Source: Amphiura filiformis
Taxonomy: Eukaryota
Assembly (NCBI RefSeq): GCF_039555335.1
Contig: NC_092647.1
Location: forward strand, 18,628,946-18,692,945
DNA length: 64,000 nt
Direction of reading: 5' to 3'
The notes beneath the pieces were generated by a model. The model was not told the DNA's origin and did not search any database. It saw nothing but the letters and a program-made list of their open reading frames with translations. Positions 26,620 to 39,094 of this stretch are shown piece by piece; the first letter of the stretch is position 1, and each line of letters starts with the position of its first letter. Both the position numbers and the translations under genes were made by a program.

Positions 26620-29600
26620 TTAGTGAGGAACCTTGCCATCTTCATTAAGCCCCCAGCCCCTTTGCTCCCTAAGTAAGGACCATTGCCACCATCTTTGAGA
26701 CCCCACCCACTCAGTAAAGAACCTTGCCACCCTCTTTGAGGTCTCATCCACTTTGAGCCTCTGGAAGGACTGGTGCCACCTACTTGAGGCCCTAGCCCCT
26801 GTCCTCTCAGTAAGGACCTTTGCCTCCCACTTTCTTTGAGGCCCCAGCCCCAATGCCTCTCATTAAGGACCCCTGTCACCCTCTTTGAGCCCAAGCAACT
26901 CTGCCCCTGAGTTGTCACCCTCTTGAGGCCTCATCCCCTGCCCCTCAGTAAGCAGCCCTGCAGTGCCCCCTCAGTAAGGACCATTGAGACCTTGACCCCC
27001 TCAGTAAGGATCACTGCTGCCCTCTTTGAGGCCCTATCCTCTTGCTCCCTCAGTAAAGATCATTGCCACCTTGAGGTCTCAACCACCATTGCTCTCAGCC
27101 ACCCTAGTAACGACCCGTGTCACTCTCTTTGAGCCTCAGCCACCCTAGTAAGGACCCTTGTCACTCTCTTTGAGCCTCAGCCACCCTAGTAAGGACCCTT
27201 GTCACTCTCTTTGAGCCTCAGCCACCCTAGTAAGGACCCTTGTCAGCCACCACCCTAGTAAGGACCCTTGTCAATGAGGACCATTCCTACCCTCAAGGTC
27301 CCAGCCCGACCCCTCAGTAAGGACCATTAACACCCTCTTTGAAACTCCACCCGCTCAGTAAGGACCATTACTACCCTCTTTGAAGCTCCCACCCCCTCAG
27401 TAAGGACTATTACCAACATCTTTGAGGTCTCAGTCCCATGCCCCTTCAGTAAGGACCCCTGCCACCCTTTATGAGGCCAAGTACCCTGCCCCCTAAGGAC
27501 CCTTGCCACAATCTTTGAGGCCTCAGCCCCCTAAGAAAGGAGTTACCCTCTTTGAGGCCCCTACCCCACAATCCCCCAGTAAGGACCCTGGTCACCCTTT
27601 TTGAGGCCTAGTCCCCATCACCTCAATGAGGACCCTTCCTACCCACTGAGGCCTCATCACCTGTCCCTCAGAAAGGACTATTACCACCCTCTTTGAGGCC
27701 TCGGTTTCATTCTCCTTCAGTAAGGACCTGTGCCACAATCTTTGAGGAATCTGCCCCCTCAGTAAGGACTCTTGTTACCCCTCAAAGAGGCTCCTACCCC
27801 TGACCCCCAGTAAGGACCCTTGCTACCCTTTTTGACTCCTCAGACCCCTGCCCACTCAGTAAAGACACTTGCTACCCTATTTGAGGCCCAGCCCCCTTAG
27901 TAAAAATCTTTGCTACCCTCCTTGAGGCTTCACACCATTTGTCCTCAGTAAGGACCATTGCCACCCTCTTTGAGGAATCTGCCCCCAGTAAGGACCCTTG
28001 CTACCCTTTTGACTCCTCAGACCCCTGCCCACTCAGTAAAGACACTTGCTACCCTATTTGAGGCCCAGCCCCCTTAGTAAAAATCTTTGCTACCCTCCTT
28101 GAGGCTTCACACCATTTGTCCTCAGTAAGGACCATTGCCACCCTCTTTGAGGAATCTGCCCCCAGTAAGGACCCTTGCTACCCTTTTGACTCCTCAGACC
28201 CCTGCCCACTCAGTAAAGACACTTGCTACCCTATTTGAGGCCCCAGCCCCCTTAGTAAAAATCTTTGCTAACCTCCTTGAGGCTTCACACCCTTTGTCCT
28301 CAGTAATGGCCATTGCCACCCTTTTTGAGGAATCTGCCCCCAGTAAGGATTTTTGTTACACTCCTAGAGGCTCCTACCCCCTGACCCCCAGTAAGGACCC
28401 TTGTTACCCTCTCAGACTCCTCAGACCCCTGCCTCTCAGTAAAGACTCTTGCTACCCTATTTGAGGCCCAGCCCCTGCCCCCTTAGTAAAAATCTTTGCT
28501 ACCCTCTTTGAGGCTTCACACCCTTTGTCCTCAGTAAGGGCCATTGCCACCCTTTTTGAGGAATGTGACCCATCAATAAGGATTTTTGTTACCCTCCTAG
28601 AGGCTCCTACCCCTGACCCCCAGTAAGGACCCTTGCTACCCTCTTTGACTCCTCAGACCCCTGCCCATCAGTAAATACTCTTGCTCCCCTATTTGAGGCC
28701 CAGCCCCTGCCCCCCTTAGTAAATATCTTTGCTACCCTCTTTGAGGCTTCACACCCTTTGTCCTCAGTAAGGGCCATTGCCACCCTTTTTGAGGAATCTG
28801 ACCCCTCAGTAAGGATTTTTGTTACACTCCTAAAGGCTCCTACTCCATGACCCCCAGTAAGGACCCTTCCTACCCTCTTTGACTCCTCAGACCCCTGCCT
28901 CTCGGTAAAGACTCTTGATCCCCTATTTGAGGCCCAGCCCCTGTCCCCTTAGTAAAGATCTTTGCTACCCTCTTTGAGGCTTCACACCCTTTGTCCTCAG
29001 TAAGGGCCATTGCCACCCTTTTTGAGGAATCTGACCCATCAGTAAGGATTTTTGTTACCCTCCTAGAGGCTCCTACCCCCTGGCCCCCAGTAAGGACCCT
29101 TGTTACCCTCTTTGACTCCTCAGACACCTGCCCCTCAGTAAAGACTCTTGCTACCCTATGTGAGGCTCCAGCCCCTGCCCTCTTAGTAAAGATCTTTGCT
29201 ACCCTCTTTGCGGCTTCACACCCTTTGCCCTCAGTAAGGACCATTGCCACCCTCTTCGAGGCCTCAACCCCCTGTCCCCTTAGTAAGGATCTTTGCAACC
29301 ATCTTTGAGGCCTCAGGCCCATCTCAGCCTCTCGCCTACTTAGCAAGGACCCTTGTAACCCTCTCAGGCCCCAACCCCTCATTTAATACACTTAGAACTC
29401 CCTTAGCACACCAGCCCCCTCAATTCACAGTAAGGACTGTTACCAGCCTCTTTTGAGGCCCCTACTACCTACTTTGAGGACTCAGCCCATCAGCAAGGAC
29501 CCTGGCTACCTGATTTGCTGCCTCAGCTCCCTCTTCCCATGAATTGGCAGTCTCTTTACAGGGATATACCATTCAGAATCCACACACCCCTCCCCCGACA

Positions 29601-29761
29601 CAGTCATTACAGCCGTTTATTATGTCCATCTTTATCAAGGGTACTCTAAATTTGATATTACGTAACATGTAGTCTATCTGCAATCTACCTTTTGAGGGGT
29701 GTTTATTTACTGGCAAAGATCTTGGACAGGGACCATAGGTGGTTTGAACGAGGCATCAAGG

Positions 29762-31446
29762 AGAATCAATCTTGCTTCTTGTAAAGGAAGTTGCAAGAAC
29801 AAATGGATTACACAGTGTGAGTGTGAGAATCAATCTTGATTCTTGTAAAGGAAGTTTGCAAGAACTAATGGGTTACAGTGCGAGTGTGAGAATCAATCTT
29901 GATTCTTGTAAAGGAAGTTTGCAAGAACTAATGAATTACACAGCGTGAGTGTGAGAATCAATCTTGATTCTTGTAAAGGAAGTTGCAAGAACTAATGGGT
30001 TACAGTGTGAGTGTGAGAATCAATCTTGATTCTTGTAAAGGAAGTTTGCAAGAACTAATGGATTACAGTGTTAGTGTGAGAATCAATCTTGATTCTTGTA
30101 AAGGAAGTTGCAAGACCTAATGGATTACACAACATGAGTGTGAGAATCAATCTCGATTCTTGTAAAGGAAGTTTGCAAAAACTAATGGATTACACAGTGT
30201 GAGAACCAATCTTGATTCTTGTAAAGGAAGTTGCCAGAACTAATGGATTACACAGCAAGAGTGTGAGAATTAATCTTGATTCTTGTAAAGGAAGTTTGCA
30301 AGAACTAATGGATTACACAGTGTGAGAACCAATCTTGATTCTTGTAAAGGAAGTTGCCAGAACTAATGGATTACACAGCAAGAGTGTGAGAATTAATCTT
30401 GATTCTTGTAAAGGAAGTTTGCAAGAACTAATTGATTACACAGTGTGAGAACCAATCTTGATTCTTGTAAAGGAAGTTGCCAGAACTAATGGATTACACA
30501 GCAAGAGTGTGAGAATTAATCTTGATTCTTGTAAAGGAAGTTTACAAGAACTAATTGATTACAGTGTGAGAACCAATCTTGATTCTTGTAAAGGAAGTTT
30601 GCAAGAATTAATGGATTACACAGTGTGAGTGTGAAAATCAATCTTGATTCTTGTAAAGGAAGTTTGCAAGAACTAATGGATTACACAGTGTGAGAACCAA
30701 TCTTGATTCTTGTAAAGGAAGTTGCCAGAACTAATGGATTACACAGCAAGAGTGTGAGAATTAATCTTGATTCTTGTAAAGGAAGTTTGCAAGAACTAAT
30801 TGATTACAGTGTGAGAACCAATCTTGATTCTTGTAAAGGAAGTTTGCAAGAACTAATGGGTTACAGTGTGAGTGTGAGAATCAATCTTGATTCTTGTAAA
30901 GGAAGTGGCAAGAACTAATGGATTGCACAACGTGAGTGTGAGAATCAATCTTGATTCTTGTAAAGGAAGTTGCAAGAACTAATGGGTTACAGTGTGAGTG
31001 TGAGAATCAATCTTGATTCTTGTAAAGGAAGTTTGCAAGAACTAATGAATTACACAGCGTGAGTGTGAGAATCAATCTTTATTCTTGTAAAGGAAGTTGC
31101 AAGAACTAATGGGTTACAGTGTGAGTGTGAGAATCAATCTTGATTCTTGTAAAGGAAGTTTGCAAGAACTAATGAATTACACAGCGTGAGTGTGAGAATC
31201 AATCTTGATTCTTGTAAAGGAAGTTGCAAGAACTAATGGGTTACAGTGTGAGTGTGAGAATTAATCTTGATTCTTGTAAAGGAATTTTTCAAGAACTAAT
31301 TGATTACACAGTGTGAGTGTAAGAACCAATCTTGATTCTTGTAAAGGAAGTTGCAAGACCTAATGGATTACACAACGTGAGTGTGAGAATCAATCTCGAT
31401 TCTTGTAAAGAAAGTTTGCAAAAACTAATGGATTACACAGTGCGAG
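29762..31446. repeat. Minisatellite of 59-60 bp unit (gagaatcaatcttgattcttgtaaaggaagtt(t)gcaagaactaatggattaca + a variable 8-12 bp tail), ~28 copies
   Basis: Regular tandem array. Each unit contains the 16-bp palindrome gaatcaatcttgattc. A single related unit recurs at 63935-63965. Confidence 0.95.
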
Positions 31447-31796
31447 TTAAAATTGACATTGGGTATTTTTAAAATGGAAATTTGGCACAAAAAACGAGGA
31501 AAACAATAGTATTGACTAAGTTGAAGCCCCATTCAAATACATGGAGCTAATTTCTCCACATTTTTCATGTAAAATGACCTATTTTGTCTTTATTATACAG
31601 CTTTCACAGCTTTTACAGCTCAACCACTTGCAGGCTATGTTAGCACATCTATGCTTATAACAAAGGTGCAATTTTTATGATTTTCTGAATGAGTTAATCA
31701 CTGAATGGGCCTTTAAAAAATGCCAATTTTTGTTCTTTTCATTAACCAATAAATGCCAGAGGCACACTATTTGCCCTCTACGTGCGACAAACCAAA

Positions 31797-32432
31797 ATGG
31801 CGGATTTACCCTAGCATTACACACAGGGCAATTTTGAGTTGGTACTCTTTGGGTATAATCTTTATGGCGGATTTACCATAGCATTACACACTGGGCAATA
31901 TTGAGTCGGTACTCTTTGGGTATTATCTCTATGGTGGATTTACCATAGCATTACACACTGGGCAATATTGAGTCGGTACTCTTTGGGTATAATCTTTATG
32001 GTGGATTTACCATAGCTTTACACACTGGACAATATTGAGTCGGTACTCTGGGGGTATAATCTTTATGGTGGATTTACCATAGCATTACACACTGGGCAAT
32101 ATTGAGTCGGTACTCTTTGGGTATAATCTTTATGGTGGATTTACCATAGCATTACACACTGGGCAATATTGAGTCGGTACTCTTTGGGTATAATCTTAGC
32201 GACTCAATATTGCCCAGTGTATAAATCTTTATGGTGGATTTACCATAGTGTTACACACTGGGCAATATTGAGTAGGTTCTCTTTGGGTATAATCTCTATA
32301 ATGGTGGATTTACCATAGCATTGTACACACTGGGCATTTTGAGTTGGTACTCTTTGGGTATAATCTCTATGGTGGATTTACCATAGCATTACAAAGCGCA
32401 ATTTTGAGTTGGTACTCTTTGGGTATAATCCC
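31797..32432. repeat. Tandem repeat of 66-67 bp unit (ctttatggtggatttaccatagcattacacactgggcaatattgagtcggtactctttgggtataat), ~9.5 copies
   Basis: Regular period between successive tttatggtgg motifs. One unit carries a 23-bp local inversion at 32197-32222. Confidence 0.9.
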
Positions 32433-32521
32433 TTTAAACATTAGAAGCCATATCTGTATTTTCATGAACACAAGCTAATGTAAATGTCTAACCCTTGTAA
32501 ATGAAGCCCGAATACCTTTAA

Positions 32522-32853
32522 GGGGGTACTACACCCCTGCCCAATTTTGTGCCTATTTTTGCATTTTTCTTAAAAATTATAGCGCATTGGTGACAAGTAA
32601 GATATGTATATTATAGGGGCAAGGACTACTGCACTGGAAATTTTATTTCAGCACAGACAACAGTTGTGGAGTTACAGTCAAAAATGAGGGAAAACCAATA
32701 TTTGATCAATAAATCAATAACTACTTGCCTTGAGTTGCTGAATTTTAAGTGCAGTTGTTGTAGTCCTTGCCCCTATAATATACATATCTTACTTGTCACC
32801 AATGCACTATATGCAAAAATAGGCACAAAATTGACCAGGTGTGTAGTACCCCC
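32522..32853. mobile_element. Foldback/MITE with ~100 bp terminal inverted repeats and TTAA flanks, piggyBac-like
   Basis: The left arm gggggtactacacccctgcccaattttgtgcctatttttgcat… is mirrored by …atgcaaaaataggcacaaaattgaccaggtgtgtagtaccccc. TTAA occurs at 32518-32521 and 32854-32857. Confidence 0.65.
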
Positions 32854-33149
32854 TTAAAAAATAGTTGGCATATCGGAAATCCGCTCAAAAGCAGTGCTGG
32901 TCACCAAAACAAAATTATTATGGTCAATAAAAAATATACACAACAAATCTTAAGATGAGACCACCTCAAACCAATGAGGTGTACATTTACTGTTATTTAA
33001 GAATATAGTAAACAAAGTATTTACAACTGTGTGAGTACAAAAGTAGGAAATAGTAACTAATATTTTAAAAATATGCATTATAGTGAATATATTAATGTAA
33101 GTGTATGTGCGCTTGTATTAGGAAAACTAGTGGAAACAGATATATGAGA

Positions 33150-33565
33150 TTAGATAGTCCACACTATGGACCACAATGGCCTCATCCCAATGGCATAGTT
33201 CAATAACCTCAATCAGAGTGCAAAATTTGACCTCAAGAGTATGAGTTTTTCTACCCAAATTTTCAAAGGTCATTCAATGAATGTACAAATGTATTGGGTT
33301 AAAGAACTGTGCCCTGATAGATGATCATGTTATGGATCCAAGTGTCAGTAAACCCTATGCAAGTTATTTGAGATATATAACATTGTCTTACACTTCCCAC
33401 AATGCATTTCTCCCATTTCAATTTTCTGCGCCGATTTGCTATCTAGTGCAAAATGAGTTGATAGTGACAAAATGTACTGCAATGAACAGAGCACATCCAG
33501 ATCTTGCAAAATATGTTTATTTCTCGACTATCGACCCATGTCTAGCCAGTGTATTCTTAAAATGA
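33150..33565 (+). repeat. Interspersed repeat family S, apparently full-length copy
   Basis: The 5' half matches 44650-44840 and 36975-37150. The 3' half matches 9430-9560 (+) and 13535-13720 (−). Confidence 0.5.
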
Positions 33566-33892
33566 AAACAAAGGCAACTTGTAAAAAGTAATGGGAGTGT
33601 CCGGGAAGGGTAAGATATCTTTACTGGTCTTTCACAAGCACAATAGTGGTATAAATTGCAACTTCAGATCTACATCTATTTGTCAAAGTGTTACCTATAA
33701 AGCTAAATATAAGTGATAATCTTTTTATAGTCTAAAACCCTCCACGCATTACATTTTAAGCTGCATATATCAAGCAAATTTGATCAACAAATTTGTTATC
33801 ACATTAATAGGTGCGTTTAGATGGTAGCCTACTTTCGAATGTAACTTACAAGCGAGCCAGCAATTAAATTATGCTACAAGCGAGTGTGTGTC

Positions 33893-34297
33893 CACTCGGG
33901 ACTTACCGTAACCACTCGGGTATAAGCCCACCCCCCTAGATGGCAGATTTCACTTCATAAATGGGGTGGGCTTATAGCCGGGGAAGGGCTAGTGCATGAA
34001 TTAAAAAATAAGAACAATCTTCCCCCATTTGTATTGCCCAATGTGCCAGTAATTTCTATCATCTATGTCAATTTCTTAAAATTATAAGTGTGGAATGTTA
34101 ATCATCAACTGATATTTTTTTATATTTGTTCTTAAATATGAGAGCAAAGCATTGATTTGTTTTAAGAACTTAGCCAAAATTTAGTACTGGGCTTATACCT
34201 GAGTGCACCCTTGTTCCCAGAATGTTTTGAAAAATAGGGGGTGGGCTTATAGCCGATGGTGGGCTTATATTCGGGTGGTTACGGTACTTGTAAGCTA
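33893..34297. mobile_element. Inverted-repeat element with termini gggacttaccgtaaccactcgggtataagcccaccc / gggtgggcttatattcgggtggttacggtacttgtaagc
   Basis: ~40 bp inverted termini with a partial internal third copy (gggtgggcttatagccgggg). Flanked by 60-bp direct repeats at ~33822 and ~34497. Confidence 0.45.
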
Positions 34298-34700
34298 TCT
34301 CAAAAGTAAGAGTGACCTTCACTGGTAAATTATGCCATGATTATGCACAATCAGAATAGGATTGGGTCATCAAGGTCATGCTTACATGTGAGTTTACATG
34401 CAAATCTTGTTCACACTGGCCTTACATTTGAATGTAGCTTGTTACAATATCTTACATGTAAAATTGTCACTTGTAACTTGCATGTAGCTACATGCGAGTG
34501 CGTTTAGACGGGTACTACATGCAAGTTTACATTCAAATGTAGTTACAAGCGACTTTACAAGCAATCGTCTGAACAAGCCTAATATAGTGAACTTTTACAG
34601 CAAGAAGTATAATGGTATTTCAGTGAAGTAGTAAAGTTCAGTCTGACAGGCATTTCTAACAAAATCATGCTTAAGGTGGTTATGGAGGCATTATAAAAGT

Positions 34701-35312
34701 GCTCTAAACATGTTTTAAACAGATTAATTGAGTAGAGCAAAGTACACTGATCAATATACCTTGTGTTTGGAGTCAATCGGACATACGGTTTTTCAAAATA
34801 TATCAATTTATATTTTCTTTGTATCTTATTGTTTTTTTCAATTATCAATCAAGTTAATGAGCTAAAATGACTGGAGAAGCTCATTTACATATAATTTTTT
34901 GCCAATATTTTGCTAAAAAATCCATGCATAAATGTTCAGGGTACTTTTATTTTGCATAATTTTATGCCCTGAAACTTAGTCAAAGTGTTTCTAATATGTT
35001 CCTAATTAGTATTATATTAGTGAAACTTTGACCAAGTCATTTGCATATTTGCATAATTAATTAGCATTTATGCAACATTTATGCTCATTGATTATTAGAA
35101 ATTAATATTGGCAAAAATTACATATTAATGAGCCTTTCCAGTCCTTTTGGCTCATTAACTATATTGATTATTGACAAAAACAATAGGATACAAAGAAAAT
35201 ATAAATTGATGTATTTTGGAAACCGTATGTCCGATTGACTCCAAACAAAAGGTATATTGATCAGTGTACTTTACCCTACTCAATTAATCTGTTTAAAACA
35301 AGCTCAAAGCAT
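34701..35312. repeat. Large near-perfect inverted repeat. Arms are 34701-34885 and 35139-35312 at ~90% identity, with a ~250 bp spacer that is itself palindromic at its ends.
   Basis: The reverse complement of the right arm aligns base-for-base with the left arm. Confidence 0.8.
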
Positions 35313-35370
35313 TTTCTAATTTCTAGAAAATGCATCCAATACCACCTTAAGGATGAGGATGTGGTGACAA

Positions 35371-35692
35371 CTCTCTAGTCCGAAGGTTCTCTAGTCAGAA
35401 GGCTCCTTAGACCGAAGGTTTGGTAGTCTGAACACGTAATTTACCATTCGCTAGTCCGAAAATCGGGTTCTCTAGTCTGAAGGTTCGCTACTCTGAATAA
35501 TAAATAAGATTCTGTAGTCCGAATATAGAATAAGGCTCACTAACCCTAACTCTAACACTAACCCTAACCCCAACCCTTATTCTATATTCGGACTAGAGAA
35601 CCTTCGGATTAGCGAACTTAATTTGATTTTTGGACTAGCGACCCTTTCAGACTAGAGAGCCTTCGGACTAGCGACCCTTCGGACTAGAGAGA
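35371..35692. mobile_element. Foldback element. Its arms are ~7 tandem 17-18 bp subrepeats (ctagtccgaaggttctc), inverted around a central (CCCTAA)n-like tract at 35536-35575.
   Basis: The left arm ctctagtccgaaggttctctagtcagaagg… is mirrored by the right arm …ccttcggactagagaaccttcggattagcg. The centre reads ctaaccctaactctaacactaaccctaaccccaaccc. Confidence 0.75.
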
Positions 35693-36117
35693 AGTCACGG
35701 AGGATGTACAACACAAATACCAATGACGTCACTCATTCACATAACATGTCAGGTACAAAAATGAATCCTGTTATTTATATTCAATTTTCTCACATTTTAC
35801 GCTTAAATAGCCATTAGAATTCTTACGATTTTTGAGAAAAATGTTACAAAATTTCACCCTATGACGGTACAAATTGATATATTCCTACCAACTTTCAAAG
35901 TCTATTTTATTGCAGAATTAAATGCTAAACTTTTTAGTTTTTCACACTAACGAACCCATACTTTGTAGTAACTTTGGACAGAATCCCTGAATTAATTAAA
36001 GCTCACAATATGCTTTGCTAATACATGTAAGTTGATTATCCTTAAAGCCATAATGTAGGATTTCCATCAAATTTAAGTTTTGTTATTCTTTACTCAAAAT
36101 GCTGAAATAATATAAGT

Positions 36118-36259
36118 ACCGTATTTGTTCCATTAACCGCCAATGTCGCTTAAGAAATTCATTTTGGGTGCTCACTATGAAATAGCGTCATTTTGCTTGT
36201 TGTACAGACACTGGGTGGGCGCTTATAGGAGCATGGGCGTTTAAGGAACAAATATGGTA
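36118..36259. mobile_element. MITE with termini accgtatttgttcc…ggaacaaatatggt, short member of a family
   Basis: The termini are inverted repeats. A longer member with the same termini and the internal gggtgggcgcttat motif lies at 56897-57226. Confidence 0.5.
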
Positions 36260-36790
36260 ATACTAAACTGTCAGGAAAGGTTTCTGCCCATTTAGAGCCA
36301 GAATAATAAGGTAAAGTGACAGCAACTACACCAACTATTTTGGCCGTTTCACATGGAGTTCTAAGGGGGACTTGATGCCTGAATATGACATTATGCCAAA
36401 CTTTCACTGTTGACCCCATCTAGCTGATTCCATTTAGATATAATCTGGGACATGTGTAAAATTACAAATATGCCAAAAATCAGGTTTGAAAAAAATGAAC
36501 TAATTTCATATTATAAGATCATACATTATGGCTTTAAATAGTGCAAAGGTGCTAGTACTATAAAGTTAATGTTCCCATCATATTACCCAGTTGACCTAAG
36601 AAAGTATAAAAATCTATCAAATCTACCTACTTACAAAAATATAGTGAAGAATTTAGTACTATTGCATCTACAGAAGAAATAACTGGCTAATTTCAGTAAG
36701 TATAAGAGTTCAGTTTGCATGAGTGCTTGCATAGTATCATCAAATTTTCTATCATCAACAATTATCAGGCTGGCATCTTAGCCATAATGA

Positions 36791-36972
36791 GCTATTCCAG
36801 TTGAAATCCACACAATCTATGGAAGACATGACCTTAATCTTCCGCACAAGGAGTGCAAATTTCAAATGGGGCTACTGAATAGGTACTTCCACTTAAAATC
36901 TACACTCCCTCTGTGGGAGATTAAGGTTATGCCTTCCATACAGGGTGTATGGATTTCAACTGGAATAGCCCA
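36791..36972. mobile_element. Hairpin-unit MITE family H, dimer copy (attccagttgaaatccatacaccc…ggaagacatgaccttaatcttcc… / …gggtgtatggatttcaactggaat)
   Basis: A ~180 bp near-palindrome made of two ~90 bp units, each unit itself a hairpin. Confidence 0.75.
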
Positions 36973-37160
36973 TTGATCTCATTTCTTATGTCAAAGTTCA
37001 CCAAACCTCCATTAACTATTGTAGCTCAAAATTTGACCTCAAGTCATAGAGTATGAGTTTGTGTACCCGAGAAAATCATTCTATAAATGTACAAGCATAT
37101 TGTGTTCATAGAAATGTATTGTGACAGATGAACATGAAGAATACTGCACACTGGCAGAAT

Positions 37161-37440
37161 GGGCTATTCCATTTAAAATCCACACTACCCCTGTGGAAGA
37201 TTTTGGAAATATGTTCCACAAAGGGAATATGAATTTCAAATGGAATGAACACATTAGCAGCTCCGTTTGAAACTCACACTCCCTCAAGGGAAGATTCAGG
37301 TTGAATCTTTCTTAGAGGGTGCATGGAATTCAAATGGATCTGCCTAATGCACTCATTTCATTTGAAATACATACTCCCCCTGTGGGAGATATTTCCAAAA
37401 TCTTCCACAGGGGGAGTGTGGATTTTAAATGGAATAGTCC
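37161..37440. mobile_element. Family H, trimer copy (three ~95 bp hairpin units)
   Basis: Three successive units of tccatttRaaatccacac-ccctgtggaagat-loop-atcttccacagggg-gtgtggatttYaaatgga. The same trimer architecture occurs at 43821-44088 and 63403-63694. Confidence 0.7.
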
Positions 37441-37763
37441 AATCATGCTATAATTACTTGTCTGACAATGTAAAGATATTATAGTACAAACTGTCTGCAT
37501 GTCTTCCTCGAGGCAGTAAAGTAAAATCAAATTTTGTGATTTTCTCAAAAACTGCCCAATTTTGCAGGAATCGATTATGCTAGTTGAATTTCTTGTATCA
37601 TCTCCTTTCTAAAAATGTATCCTTTTAAATACTTATCATTATTACGTTATAGTAGAAAACAAATCTAAATTACTGACTCGATAAAGGCATATGTTCAACC
37701 AAGTGTTTATCTGAATTCAACTAAGTTTGAAGTAAATACCCGTCATGATACATGAGATAAAGT

Positions 37764-38060
37764 GGGCTATTCCATTTAAAAACCACACACCCTCAGTGGA
37801 AGATTTCACTACCATCACAATTCCAGTTGTACCTTATGGTCAATGCAGCTGCACATTTTTGCAAGTTTCAAGAAAATTGTTGAAATTTATAAAATCCAGC
37901 TGAATTTTGCACAATTTAGCTTAGAATTATTAAGTTTTGTTTAGAATTACAACTTTTTATGGATGAAAGTGGTTGTATCTGGAATAATCTAAACTCTTGA
38001 ATTTGGTTGAAATTGCAAAATCTTCAGTAGTGGGGGTGTGTTTTTCAAATTGAACAGCCC
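37764..38060. mobile_element. Family H, long variant: hairpin termini around a ~200 bp internal segment
   Basis: The termini gggctattccatttaaaaaccacacaccctcagtggaagat … atcttcagtagtgggggtgtgtttttcaaattgaacagccc match family H. The internal region matches the 61196-61500 copy. Confidence 0.6.
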
Positions 38061-38865
38061 ATTAAGCTGCTTTCCTCACCAAGACTAAAATCTATGCACC
38101 AACACATCGTGGGTTTGGTTCAAGAACAGCTTATCTGCAGTAACTGCCCTATAGACAATTGAACCATTTCTGCATTCTATATTGTACACACATGACACCT
38201 GGCAGCTGCAACTGCAATAGCTGCCCTATGGACATATGGCAGTTTCTAAAGGCTGTATTGTGCACATATGACAGCTGGCAGCTATTGGTCTTTCTTGCAC
38301 TACACCCTCGAATGAGGTTTTTGTCAACAATTTGACAAGTCTTAACAATTTTCAAAAATATCTGTCACTATTTGTTTCATAAAAAATGACCCTGCTACGT
38401 TACGAGGTTTGAAAACATGTTCAATATGACTTTCTTTTGCATACATAGATAAACACATCTTATTCCATCACCTATGGAAATTGCCATAATAATATTTTGC
38501 AGTAAACCTTTGACGAGCTTGTACTACCGTGATGCTGCAAAGTCAGAGCTAACAACACGTACGACGCAAAGTTCATTCGTAAATTTCCACCTCGGCAACG
38601 GCAGATCGCCTCAGCAGCCAATCAGAGACAAGTCCGTTTCAACGCTGTTAATATGCGATATACGCTTTCATCAAAGGTTTTCTGCAAAATATTATGGTTC
38701 TCTACTTACCTGCTGCTAGTGGTGAACATTGCTCACAACTTCATCAATCTAGAAAATAGGCTGAAACTCCGCACAAGCTTCATACATATCAGCCTTGTAA
38801 TCCACATTTGCACCTTACCAACAAATGTTCATGTTATCTTCTCTAATAGTTGACCCCATGGGCAC

Positions 38866-39094
38866 TACTAGTCTAATTAGCCATCTCTAAGAACTAATTT
38901 GATTGGTTACAAAGAGGACTATATCATATATTGAGCCAATCAGAGATTAAGTTAGAATGCCCATAAGGGCTGAAGGCGATAAAGCTTAAAAACTGCTTAG
39001 AGATCTAAAAGCTCCAGTTTGATTGGTTACTCATAATGATCTTATCATGTAATTAACCAATTAGAGACAATGTAAGAAAGCAGTAGTGCCCATG
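38866..39094. mobile_element. MITE with termini ccatgggcactactagtc … agtagtgcccatgg. Internally it has paired CCAAT/ATTGG motifs (gattggttac … ccaatcagag).
   Basis: 14-bp perfect inverted termini and internal inverted CCAAT-box-like motifs. Confidence 0.55.

Larger units (their letters stand above)
22258..29530. repeat. Complex satellite of ~45-48 bp basic unit (…cagtaaggacccttgccaccctctttgaggcc-cagcccctgcccc…), ~155 units, with nested higher-order repeats
   Basis: Continuous tandem array. Higher-order periods of ~180 bp (27.8-28.3 kb), ~240 bp (28.3-29.1 kb), ~230 bp (24.25-24.72 kb) and ~530 bp (22.57-23.56 kb) are seen. A ~2.63 kb internal duplication relates 23.56-24.75 kb to 26.26-26.96 kb. 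Confidence 0.95.

Noticed and set aside
28870-29382. 170-aa minus-strand ORF (…SKRVAMVLTEGKGCEA…) and other 70-140 aa ORFs inside the 45-bp satellite
   Set aside because: The ORF is open only because the local 240-bp higher-order repeat is a multiple of 3 and happens to be stop-free. Unit length varies (42-50 bp) elsewhere, so no frame is maintained across the array, and there are no splice signals. It is repeat-induced, not coding.
29762-31446. CRISPR-like appearance of the 60-bp array: a constant ~50 bp part plus a variable ~10 bp tail
   Set aside because: This is a eukaryotic context. The variable part is only 8-12 bp and consists of variants of gtgtgagt. There are no spacer-like unique inserts and no cas genes. 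It is a minisatellite.
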